Part shown: positions 54,304 to 64,000 of the stretch, one piece after another
Layout of the letters: the number at the start of each line of letters is the position of its first letter
Position numbering within the stretch: the stretch's first letter is position 1
NCBI RefSeq assembly: GCF_964355755.1
Contig: NC_092672.1
Location: forward strand, 12,648,001-12,712,000
From: Antedon mediterranea
Taxonomy: Eukaryota; Animalia; Echinodermata
Length of the DNA: 64,000 nucleotides
Direction: 5' to 3'
Program-made: the position numbers and the translations under genes
The notes under the pieces: generated by a model
Database searches by the model: none
The model's input: the letters and a program-made list of their open reading frames with translations, nothing else
What the model was told of the DNA's origin: nothing

Positions 54304-55701
54304 ATGGAACAGCTACTAATACTGTACAAAAACGTTAACATTATATCAATTGCAAAACTATGTTTCGTACTATTTACTATAAATGGAGGTGAAGCTGATT
54401 TTACCATAGTACCAAATGACCAGAGGGTTAAAGAAGGAGAACAGGCACTTTTTGTCTGCGCACCAATGACACTTCCAGAAACACAGGTTGTAGTTTGGAA
54501 ACAAAATGATCGCATTATTACTAACGATGAGAAATCAATGGATGACGAATTTACTATTCGCATAGATCGAAATATTCATCAATACACTTTAGTAATTAGG
54601 CGCACTAAAAGAAGTTTTGATAACTCAAAATTTATGTGCTGTGTTGTAGAAAATGAAGAAGACCTGGTTTGTTCTCGTGAGGCTAATTTAAACATTAACC
54701 AAGTTCCTGCAAATCAATACCCTGAGTGTTCACCAAAAACAGAAGTTTATAAAAGCCCAAATGAGGTAACTTTGAAATGTATATCTGAGTTGACTGAACC
54801 AAGGGTTAAACTTGAGTGGTGGAGTGGTTCTAGAAGACTTACCAGCCGACCAGCACAAGAGGAACAAAATCAATTGGTACTTCGTTACACCTTCAAGGCC
54901 AAACCCGAACATGATGGGCAGTTCTTAAGGTGTAGTCTGTATTCATTAGAACTTGATATTCAACGAAACTGTTCTGTCGGACCAATAAACGTACAGTTCC
55001 CACCTAGAGTATCTATTCAGGCTCCAAACGAAGTTTTGGTTGGAAGAGAGGCTGTCTTTATATGTTCTGCTATTTCAAAACCACGATCTAAGGCATATGA
55101 ATGGACACTTGACCGACCATCAACGAACGATGAGTATCGAGTAGAAAGCTCCGGATTTGTACTTCGAATTTATAACCCAGAAAAATTCAATAACACGTTT
55201 ATTCGGTGTTCTGTTTCAAATTCGGAGGGTAAAGTAACGGCACATTTTCTAATTAATGTAAAAAAGAAAACAGACACGTTACTTCCAACTCAAAATCTTA
55301 CACGAAAAATTGTTTCAACGGACAATTTTTCTCAATCTTCGAATCCTGATGAAATGACTATCGCAATGATACTAGCTATTACTGGTAGTTGCTCTTTTAT
55401 TATCGTTCTTCTTATGCTTATACCCCTTTGCATGGTACGTTTATTTTCGCAAAAAGTTACAATGGATGCTTCAGGTAGAATTATCGCTCAGCCTGATGTT
55501 TATTTTGAACCAAAAGACACGATCCTAACCAATGAACCTACATTACATGATACTGTAACATGGCGGCGTAATGTGGGTATCCAGGTACCGGTAGATCTTG
55601 AATGTGGATCAGAATCAATGTATGCTGAAGTGGAAACAGAAATTTATACTAAAAACCTAAGTAATGGGTCTATTTATGTTGCTAAATCAACGCACGTTTG
55701 A
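54304..55701 (+). CDS. Type I membrane Ig-superfamily receptor (signal peptide, 3 Ig domains, TM, ITIM and PDZ-ligand tail), uninterrupted CDS, 465 aa; paralog of 19405-20658
   Basis: ATG 54304. Signal ...KLCFVLFTINGGEA|DF. Ig1 FVCAP...VVWKQND...YTLVIRR...DNSKFMC. Ig2 LKCISELTEPRVKLEW...DGQFLRC. Ig3 FICSAISKP...YEW...IRCSVSNSEG. TM MILAITGSCSFIIVLLMLIPLC. Tail contains SMYAEV and ends STHV. Confidence 0.94.
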   Translation: MEQLLILYKNVNIISIAKLCFVLFTINGGEADFTIVPNDQRVKEGEQALFVCAPMTLPETQVVVWKQNDRIITNDEKSMDDEFTIRIDRNIHQYTLVIRRTKRSFDNSKFMCCVVENEEDLVCSREANLNINQVPANQYPECSPKTEVYKSPNEVTLKCISELTEPRVKLEWWSGSRRLTSRPAQEEQNQLVLRYTFKAKPEHDGQFLRCSLYSLELDIQRNCSVGPINVQFPPRVSIQAPNEVLVGREAVFICSAISKPRSKAYEWTLDRPSTNDEYRVESSGFVLRIYNPEKFNNTFIRCSVSNSEGKVTAHFLINVKKKTDTLLPTQNLTRKIVSTDNFSQSSNPDEMTIAMILAITGSCSFIIVLLMLIPLCMVRLFSQKVTMDASGRIIAQPDVYFEPKDTILTNEPTLHDTVTWRRNVGIQVPVDLECGSESMYAEVETEIYTKNLSNGSIYVAKSTHV

Positions 55702-57409
55702 AAACACTTTTTTCTAAACAACTTAAAATATTCTGGTAACACTATTCATATTCCTGTTCTACTAATGCTATATGGAGAATATTCCTTTAATTTGCCATTT
55801 GTTCCGAAAGTTTTTATTTACAACAACAATTTAATAGAATGTTGTGTTTTCTAAATAATGTGTATCATTTAGAAACATTTTATAGAATTAATGACCAAAA
55901 AATTGAAAGATCTTATGAAACATTGATATATAAATTTTAAAAAATGACTGTACAAAAAACAAGATATTGATAATAAATGTAAATATTTTATGCCTTGAGT
56001 CACGCTTTTATATTGTTACATTTAATTAATTATACCATACTAAACCATACGTTGATCTTTTAATAAAGTAATACTTATATTATATTGAATAAATTACCTT
56101 AAATTTTCCAAATTTATGGGTTAAATTATTTTAACTGCCGCGATTTCTGATTATATTGTTCTCATTCCTGTAAGTGATTGAAAATATTCTGCATTTGACT
56201 TAGATATTTGAATTAAAACACATCGAATGATTACGTAGTCGGTGCACTTTACTTGGTCAAATTTATAAAAACATTATTTTTATGTTATTTTTATCCGTTA
56301 TTAAATCGGATACATTACGTTTTTCAAAATTCGGTATTGTAAATAACTCACATTTCACATATAAAGAAAACATAGTTTAAACTGAAAGTTAGAACAAATA
56401 TTATTAATGTCCTGTCTCGCAGAGTATGTATTTACTAATTTATATTAGGCAGTGAATGAATTTGTTAATGTGTTTACATACCAAGACAGCATTTACTATT
56501 GATACTGACATATTCACCTTTTTAGGTTTTTTTTTCTTGAAACATGAGTAGCAACGATAACAATGAATGGCAGCATTGATAACAATAGCATCTATAGATC
56601 GCAATTATCATCAATAACACTTTTGCACTAATTTAATTTACAGTTTGTTTGTGATTGTTTATTGAAAAAAAAAACGATCCGAAGATTACTCGTAAAACAT
56701 TTTAACATAAAAATTACAATCATGAGGTTACATAATTTTTCTAATTTGGATTAAAAAAACGATAGATTTGCCTGCATAGAATAAATGATAGCGTATGGTC
56801 GTTTTTTAGTTAGATCTGTAATACTCTTTTTCTGAAGAAGAAAAATATACTATATTTTGCATGTCAACTTTAAACCAAAATGACATTGCTGCTTCTGTTG
56901 TAGCAAAGACTGTATACGGCTAATTTCTGCATTACCAGAATTCATTCTTTTACCAGTTACAACTTCAACAGCTATACAGTTTTAAATAATTTGTGATATA
57001 AAAACACACACGTAATACTACATTTATATTTTTTGAATCCAAAATTTGATTCAGACCAAGTAATGACATCGCATTGTAATCCGATCATAAGGGTGTCTAA
57101 ATTAATTAATTTTAACATCGAGTTGGAAAGATTAAACGACTATAGTAAAAGCCATACAACACCTTCCAAGGACGTTTACCACTTATATAAAATATTGTTC
57201 AACAATTAACCATTGAATGAATTTTGATTGAGTAATGCGGTGTATATACTGCACAGAAAATCATAAAAAAAGGTAGCTAACTCTTGATTGTGTCATAGGG
57301 CTGAAGTCATGTGAATTCCTTTCACCACTGCTGGCATGGTACCACAAAACCTTTTCAATCATGTGCCTTTTGCCTCATACAGTATGCCACCTGGCATGTT
57401 GCCACCTAA

Positions 57410-57545
57410 AGCTTGGTTCCCACTAAAGACGCAACGCAAGTATGTATAAATACAACACAAACGAATTGACCAATCACAAGCGACAGTTCGGATGATCCAT
57501 CGCTTATGATTGGTCAAATTACTTACGTTGTGATTTTTACGTCAT
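57410..57545. mobile_element. Hairpin MITE fragment
   Basis: AATTGACCAATCACAAGCGA ... TCGCTTATGATTGGTCAAATT inverted pair. Confidence 0.55.
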
Positions 57546-57868
57546 TGTCTGTTACAATCTTTCCTGTTTTATTTTTAAACCTTGAATTTATAAATTCAAG
57601 ATTATATTTAGCCAGGTCTACTGTAGATTCAGTATTGATATTTAGATATACAATTACGTATTAAGGTGTAACTTTGAATATATTTGAATATCAAAAGCCG
57701 AAAATTGAAGAGGTTTGGTAGTTTATCTTTTTAAGGGTGTTCAGCAAAAAAAAATCCTGATATCACGGGGCGCCGTTTGAGACATTTCTGAGTGTGTTAT
57801 CATAGTTCAGTTGTATGACGCATAATTGCGGACGTGGTCGGTTCTATGCAGCCGTTGTCAGTCAGTTG

Positions 57869-57990
57869 TGGACAGAATTCATTCTGTCTTGACATAATTT
57901 ATTCTGTATGAACAGAATGCATACTGTATGGACAGAATTAATGTTGTGTACACATATTTTTTTCCGTGTCGACAAAATTAGACAGAATTA
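57869..57990. repeat. ~20-bp quasi-palindromic tandem units (GACAGAATT.ATTCTGT)
   Basis: GGACAGAATTCATTCTGTCT TGACATAATTTATTCTGTAT GAACAGAATGCATACTGTAT GGACAGAATT... Confidence 0.65.
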
Positions 57991-58366
57991 GAAAATTTTT
58001 AAAAAAATTCGGCCTGTTTCCTCCTGGTCTGTTGAGTGGGTCCGGATGTCAAACGGTTAGGTGGTGATTGGTATAGACTCGGGTAATGTATTATATATAA
58101 GCGTTATCAGCGGCAACTAGCTATAGAAAGGACGGATGGTCATATTTTTGGCATAATCTTGCAAGAGAGATGAAACCTATGGATAAGGTAAGCTTTCTCA
58201 TATATTTCCATGAAATACTTACGTTAGGTGCGTATTTATATAAATCCAAAGGCAAATTACTAAAAAATGACAATGCTGTGGGTATCAGTCGCTGGATCTC
58301 AATGGATATACCAAAAAAAGCGAAAGGCTAAATCAAAACGATAAAGTAAACCAGTCAGAAAAGTTA

Positions 58367-58403
58367 GCAGAGCTTTCGGGCACCACTAGCCCTTCATCAG
58401 TGC
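58367..58403 (-). ncRNA. Minimal type I hammerhead ribozyme of the Penelope-like element class
   Basis: Minus strand reads GCA CTGATGA A GGGC TAGTGGT GCCC GAAA GC TC TGC. It has the CUGAUGA and GAAA cores, a 4-bp stem II, a GCA/TGC stem I and a palindromic AGCT stem III. Confidence 0.75.
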
Positions 58404-58543
58404 AAGTGAAGGAATTGGATAACGTCATAGTATAAATGGTGACGATACCTGACAGGTTTCTCGGACAGGCGACGTTATTTGGTAAAGTTATCCAAAGTAC
58501 CCTCCAGGATTACAGCAAAACCGGATCAAAATGGATACAAACA

Positions 58544-58632
58544 GTAAAGGTAAAGGTTAAGGTAAAGGTATTCAACGTTGCTTAACTTCGGTGATCTGAC
58601 GAGAACCGGTGTTTCAACGCAGTATGGCCGTA
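58544..58632 (-). pseudogene. 5S rRNA 5'-half retrocopy with (TACCTT)n tail
   Basis: Minus strand TACGGCCATACTGCGTTGAAACACCGGTTCTCGTCAGATCACCGAAGTTAAGCAACGT matches the 5' ~60 nt of animal 5S rRNA, then TACCTTTACCTTAACCTTTACCTTTAC. Confidence 0.85.
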
Positions 58633-58649
58633 TATAAATAAAGATTAAG

Positions 58650-58721
58650 CTCCCTGACGAGGAATTGAACCCCGGTCTTCCGCGTGACAGGCGGAGATAC
58701 TCACCACTATACGATCGGTAG
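58650..58721 (-). pseudogene. tRNA-Asp(GTC)-derived sequence, probably a pseudogene or SINE head
   Basis: Minus strand ..GTATAGTGGTGAGTATCTCCGCCTGTCACGCGGAAGACCGGGGTTCAATTCCTCGTCAGGGAG. D, anticodon (GTC) and T arms are intact, but the acceptor stem is mispaired. Confidence 0.8.
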
Positions 58722-58739
58722 AAAATATATATAAATCCA

Positions 58740-60810
58740 CACAGCAAAATTTGAAATTCTAAGCAAGAAAAAAAAATCTTGTTTTAAGAAAAAATTCTTA
58801 AAATAAGTATTTTTTTTCTTGTCAAGATTTAAAATTACTTAAAACAAGAAATAATTTTCTAGAAAAGACACATTTTCTTAAATTAAGTTTTGCAATATTC
58901 TTGAAAATGCTTATTACAAGAAATATTTTACTTAAAATAAGAAGTCAATATCATTCTCTTCTTATTAAGAATAGTTTTGCTTAAAACAAGATTTGAAAAT
59001 ACTTAATTTGAAAAGTATTTTACTTAAAATAAGAAATCTATATTATATTTATCCCTATCAAGAATAATTTTTCTTAAATCAAGATTGATGAATTATAAAA
59101 ATTACTTAAAACAATCAATATTTTTCTAGGTAAGACAAAGTTTCTTAAATTAGGTTTTGCAATAGTCTTGAAAATACTTGTTTTGAGAAATATTTTACTT
59201 AAAATAAGAAGTCAATTTCACACTACCCTTATCAAGATTATTTTTACTTGAATCAAGATTCGCAATATTCTTGAAAATGCTTATTACAAGAAATATTTTA
59301 CTTAAAATAAGAAGTCAATATCATTCTCTTCTTATTAAGAATAGTTTTGCTTAAAACAAGATTTGAAAATACATAATTTGAAAAGTATTTTACTTAAAAT
59401 AAGAAATCAATATTATATTTATCCCTATCAAGAATAATTTTTCTTAAATCAAGATTGATGAATTCTAAAAATTACTTAAAACAATAAATATTTTTCTAGG
59501 TAAGACAAAGTTTCTTAAATTAGGTTTCGCAATATTCTTAAAAATACTTATTTTGAGAAATGTTTTACTTAAAATAAGAAGTCAATATCATACTATCTTA
59601 TCAAGACTATTTTTGCTTAAATTGAGATTCGCAATATTTTTAAAAATACTTATTTTGAGAAATGTTTTACTTAAAATAAGAAGTCAATATCATACTATCT
59701 TATCAAGACTATTTTTACTTGAATCAAGATTCGCAATATTCTTAAAAATACTTATTTCGAGAAATGTTTTACTTAAAATAAGAAGTCAATATCATACTAT
59801 CTTATCAAGACTATTTTTGCTTAAATTGAGATTCGCAATATTTTAAAAAATACTTATTTTGAAAAATGTTTTACTTAAAATAAGAAGTCAATATCATACT
59901 ATCCTATCAAGACTATTTTTGCTTGAATTCAGATTCGCAATATTCTGATTTTGAGAAATGTTTTACTTAAAATAAGAAGTCAATATCATACTATCTTATC
60001 AAGACTATTTTTACTTGAATCAAGATTCGCAATATTCTTTAAAATACTTATTTTGAGAAATGTTTTACTTAAAATAAGAAGTCAATATCATACTATCTTA
60101 TCAAGACTATTTTTGCTTAAATTGAGATTCGCAATATTTTAAAAAATACTTATTTTGAGAAATGTTTTACTTAAAATAAGAAGTCAATATCATACTATCT
60201 TATCAAGACTATTTTTACTTGAATCAAGATTCGCAATATTCTTAAAAATACTTATTTCGAGAAATGTTTTACTTAAAATAAGAAGTCAATATCATACTAT
60301 CTTATCAAGACTATTTTTGCTTAAATTGAGATTCGCAATATTTAAAAAAATACTTATTTTGAAAAATGTTTTACTTAAAATAAGAAGTCAATATCATACT
60401 ATCCTATCAAGACTATTTTTGCTTGAATTCAGATTCGCAATATTCTGATTTTGAGAAATGTTTTACTTAAAATAAGAAGTCAATATCATACTATCTTATC
60501 AAGACTATTTTTACTTGAATCAAGATTCGCAATATTCTTTAAAATACTTATTTTGAGAAATGTTTTACTTAAAATAAGAAGTCAATATCATACTATCTTA
60601 TCAAGACTATTTTTGCTTAAATTGAGATTCGCAATATTTTTAAAAATACTTATTTTGAGAAATGTTTTACTTAAGATAAGAAGTCAATATCATACTATAT
60701 CCTATCAAGACTATTTTTGCTTGAATTGAAGTCAATTCTATTTTAATATTCTTAAAAATACTTATTTTGAGAAATGTTTTACTTAAAATAGATTGTCAAT
60801 ATCCTTATAT
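58740..60810 (+). repeat. Probable CACTA/EnSpm terminus followed by a 102-bp subterminal satellite
   Basis: Begins CACAGCAAAAT. A 370-bp duplication (58921/59291) precedes about 12 units of TTTTGAGAAATGTTTTACTTAAAATAAGAAGTCAATATCATACTATCTTATCAAGACTATTTTT... with a 102-bp period. The array is certain; the superfamily is inferred. Confidence 0.8.
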
Positions 60811-61235
60811 TCACACAACGGTAGAGCAGTTAGCACTTCAGTTTCAACTGATGAAAGAATCTGGGTAATCAAACTGTTTGTGCTTTGAATAATCGATTGC
60901 ACTGCAACCACCTAAAGAAAATAATATTGATTTAATATTTTTTATATTCAAGTTTTAATATGTTTAAAAACTAAGTTGTGCTTTAGTTGGGGAGCTATGC
61001 AGCCTAACAAAAAAAATGTTATTTGTATACAATGAAATTGGTCACAAAAAAGATGCAACATAAACTTAGAGTGTATAATGCCTAGGCCTAGGCCTAGTAC
61101 CCAAGTCCTATAGTTACTATAGCTAATAGTCCTGTATATAACAGTACCAGCAAGGCCTAGGAAATAGACGTATTTCTCTAATAAAAAATAGTTTAAAATG
61201 CATAATTGTTGTAATTTTAAAGCAAAATGGCTTAC

Positions 61236-61330
61236 CTGTGGAATCTTGTTTCTCTCCTTTAATTTTAGTAGAAAGAAATCAGCATTTTTTATACTATTAT
61301 CTGCTTGTTCATCCTCTAGTTAGTAGGCCT
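61236..61330 (-). pseudogene. Orphan coding exon, possibly from an EnSpm-type transposase N-terminal region
   Basis: Minus strand LEDEQADNSIKNADFFLLKLKERNKIPQ|GTAAG. The FLLKL.E..K.PQ motif is recalled from animal CACTA-associated proteins and is unverified. Confidence 0.35.
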
Positions 61331-62125
61331 TCTTGCTGAGCATCAGCAAGATAATTAATATTAAACAATCATTAACAGTATAACAATACTAGAATTATCA
61401 CTACTACTATCGTCAGTTGATAAATCATCCCCGTTATAATAGTTTTTTTCTTCATTAACTTCGTCAGTCTCCTAGTCTAGGCCTAGTTCTACTTCATCCT
61501 CAATTGGCATCCTCGTTTTCTCCAGGCATACTTATTACTGATGTTTCCATCGTCAACTGCAGGAGGTTGCCGATTGTTATACTCGTCCTTAAAATGGCGT
61601 CTTATGACATGCTTGTAAAACGAATTGTAAATTCCAAAGCTTGCCGGGCAGCGAACCACCAATTCCACATGTTACTCGAAAATTCGGAGTATTTCCATGA
61701 ATTGAATTATAATGCCTTAGCAAATAGGGTAGCAAATACTGTACCTACTTCAGTTTACTGGCACCAACTTATCGCTTTTTTTCGGACTGCAACAAACATG
61801 TGTCATTATTATTGTCTGTCGTATTACTGTTGGTCCAGACGTTTTACAGATTTGCTTTAACCACCATGGAGGTTTATACCTCCATGCTTTAACGTTGAGC
61901 AGTATAATGACCTTATACATTCTGGGTAAAAGGCCAGCGATAAATTTTTGGTTATAGTTGAAAAACAACACTGTGTGTGGTCGATGACCTAGCTCCCGGC
62001 GGGATCATGGCCAACGGTTTTTTAAAGTAATCATTCAAAATCTAGAGTTTGTAAGTAAAAGACACCTTTCATCGCAATTTATATATTAAATGCTTCAATA
62101 GGCCTAGTAAGATTAGTCTAATATA

Positions 62126-64000
62126 ATGTCGAAGGAAGACGCTTTGTTGAAGATCCGAGAAATAGATGAAGAAATGGCCAACATTTTAACAGGTTCGTAG
62201 GCCTAATAATTATATTTTAATCTGCCAGCAGTCTAGGCCTAGCCTGGCCCTAGCCTAGGCTCCTTCCTAGTTAGTAATACTGTAGGCCTGGAACTAGTAG
62301 GTCTAGGCTAGCCTACTATGCCTGTACTGACGGACAGGTGTATAGGTTTAGCTTAGCATTTTAGTTCAGACATTGACAGAGGGGACAAATATTGTCGGAC
62401 CTATTTCAGCTAGGTATAAGGAAGGCCTAATAATAGATAATACAATTTATATAATGTAACAGTTATTTTGTAATGTAGCCATGAAATATCTACGAAGGAT
62501 TATACTGTATTATATACACATATTCCAATGAGAAATATGACATTTAAAAACACTTCTTTATATTTAATTAATTGTACACACTAAGTAATCCCCGAAGTGA
62601 TCACATCGATATTGAAACTTTATGTTTTTAACTCTAAATTTAAAAAAAACATACTAAAAAAACAAACAAAAAACATACGTACTGCATAACTAAAATTGTT
62701 ATATTAAATTTCTTTTTAAAAAACTGTGTTATTTACAATATCTTAAATTATTTGTTAGGTAATTGAAGAAGTTCGAAGGATACTAATTATTACTAGGCAA
62801 AGAGGAATGAAATACAAAAGAAAGCTTTTTAAAAAAGTGCTTAGCAAATTTTTCCAAAGAAGAGAATAATATAGTTTATTTTGGTATTTTAAAGAGAAAC
62901 ACCAGTCCTCCATCTGGTAAGTACAGTGTATGTTTTTGTACTTTTATCTATTCATAAATAGTTTTATAATGGACCAATGGTAGTGAGGAAAATACGTTTA
63001 CATATTGTGTACGTATTTTTAACAGCTTGGTTCGACTCAAGCTAGTGTCATGCACTCCTCCCTTTGACAACTAAAATTAAATAAATGACTTATGAATATT
63101 AATTTTTGACATATTAATGCTCTCCTGGCCAGCCCACCCTTTCCCCTTCCTTTTACATTGACCACCTACAAAACTGTAGGCTACATTATTAAAAATTTGA
63201 GCTACAGTATATCAAGTTTATGTCCATACATTATTCCACTCATTTAAATAAATTTATATAATATAATGTTTTCAATTTGTTATTTTTGGTTAGGTTCAAA
63301 GATAACCCATATGTTGTCAAACATATTTGTTGGGAAAAACTCATCAAAAAAAGTCTGCCGACCTTGAAGGTATTGAGTGTTTTTTAAAATTTAAAATACA
63401 AGTAACATTATGTACATTAAAAAAAATATCTTAAAGTGTTTTTTTAAAATAGCTTAAAATTCGAGGTATATACTATGTTTACAATAATTTATTAAAATCA
63501 AACAATTAAACAAAATTTACATTTAATTGTATGATTGTTATTATAAACATTGATACGGAATAAAAACATCAATCAGGATTGAGCACCGTTTTGCGTATTG
63601 TCTTCCTAAATAGTAATATTAAAAATAAATTTAGACCCTAATAATTTAACTAAAAATAATAGATACAGCCAGGCCTGTCTTTGGGATTGGTATAAACAGG
63701 GCAAAGTTTGTGATTAAAAAGTTCAAATGCATATTCCACCCACCCTTATGTCTTATAATGTAAAATTATTCTTACCACCGTTCTAATATTGCGTCATGTT
63801 TTTGTGTTTACCGCCCCAGATATAGGACTCTAAAACCACACCGTACCCAATTAGTTGATGATGTTACACATATTTTAAATACAGTAATAACTAAAACTAT
63901 ATTAATCTCTTTTCATTTTTAGGAACATGAATAAAGATCCAGAATCCTGGTCTTCACGCCGATCAGGTAATATGCCGGTATTGCTTTTGGACACAGAAAT
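62126..64000 (+). pseudogene. Decayed multi-exon gene (exons ~62126-62192, 62759-62916, 63294-63369, 63923-end)
   Basis: MSKEDALLKIREIDEEMANILT|GT followed by AG...GT-bounded coding-like blocks (VIEEVRRILIITRQRG). Splicing gives stops or frame conflicts. Confidence 0.4.

Noticed and set aside
58650-58721. Functional tRNA-Asp gene
   Set aside because: The acceptor stem is mispaired and the context is retroposon-like, so it is kept as a pseudogene or SINE head.
59553-60729. Repeated 34-aa ORFs RNVLLKIRSQYHTILSRLF
   Set aside because: Artefact of a 102-bp satellite, broken by stops and 92-bp units.
60848-60880. Second hammerhead (CTGATGA) here, and CTGATGAG motifs at ~46995 and ~48515
   Set aside because: None has a properly placed GAAA with pairing stems I and II.

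Overview
AT-rich, repeat-dense eukaryotic DNA from an animal, probably a marine invertebrate such as an echinoderm (inferred from composition, frequent TAGGCCTA motifs and the TE spectrum). Only two intact protein-coding genes are supported. Both are + strand paralogs about 35 kb apart (19405-20658 and 54304-55701) with uninterrupted coding sequences. Each encodes a type I membrane receptor: signal peptide, three Ig domains, a transmembrane helix and a tail. The tails share QP[ED]VYF[QE]PK, an LC8-like [VI]QVP motif and a consensus ITIM (SFYAEL / SMYAEV), and each ends in a PDZ-ligand-like C-terminus. The rest of the window is mobile or repetitive DNA: a 3.3-kb TA-flanked foldback element with ~345-bp tandem arms; decayed Penelope, RTE, L2/CR1 and Rex-like retroelements; a CR1-like LINE split by nested DNA transposons; MITEs including a 59-bp piggyBac-like hairpin; and 98-bp and 102-bp satellites. 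It also holds a Penelope-type hammerhead ribozyme, a tRNA-Asp / 5S-half / (TACCTT)n composite, and a probable CACTA/EnSpm end with decayed internal exons. The poly-Asp/poly-Met ORFs near 14-15 kb are best explained as an expanded RTE (GAT)n tail. All calls were made by eye, with no database searches.
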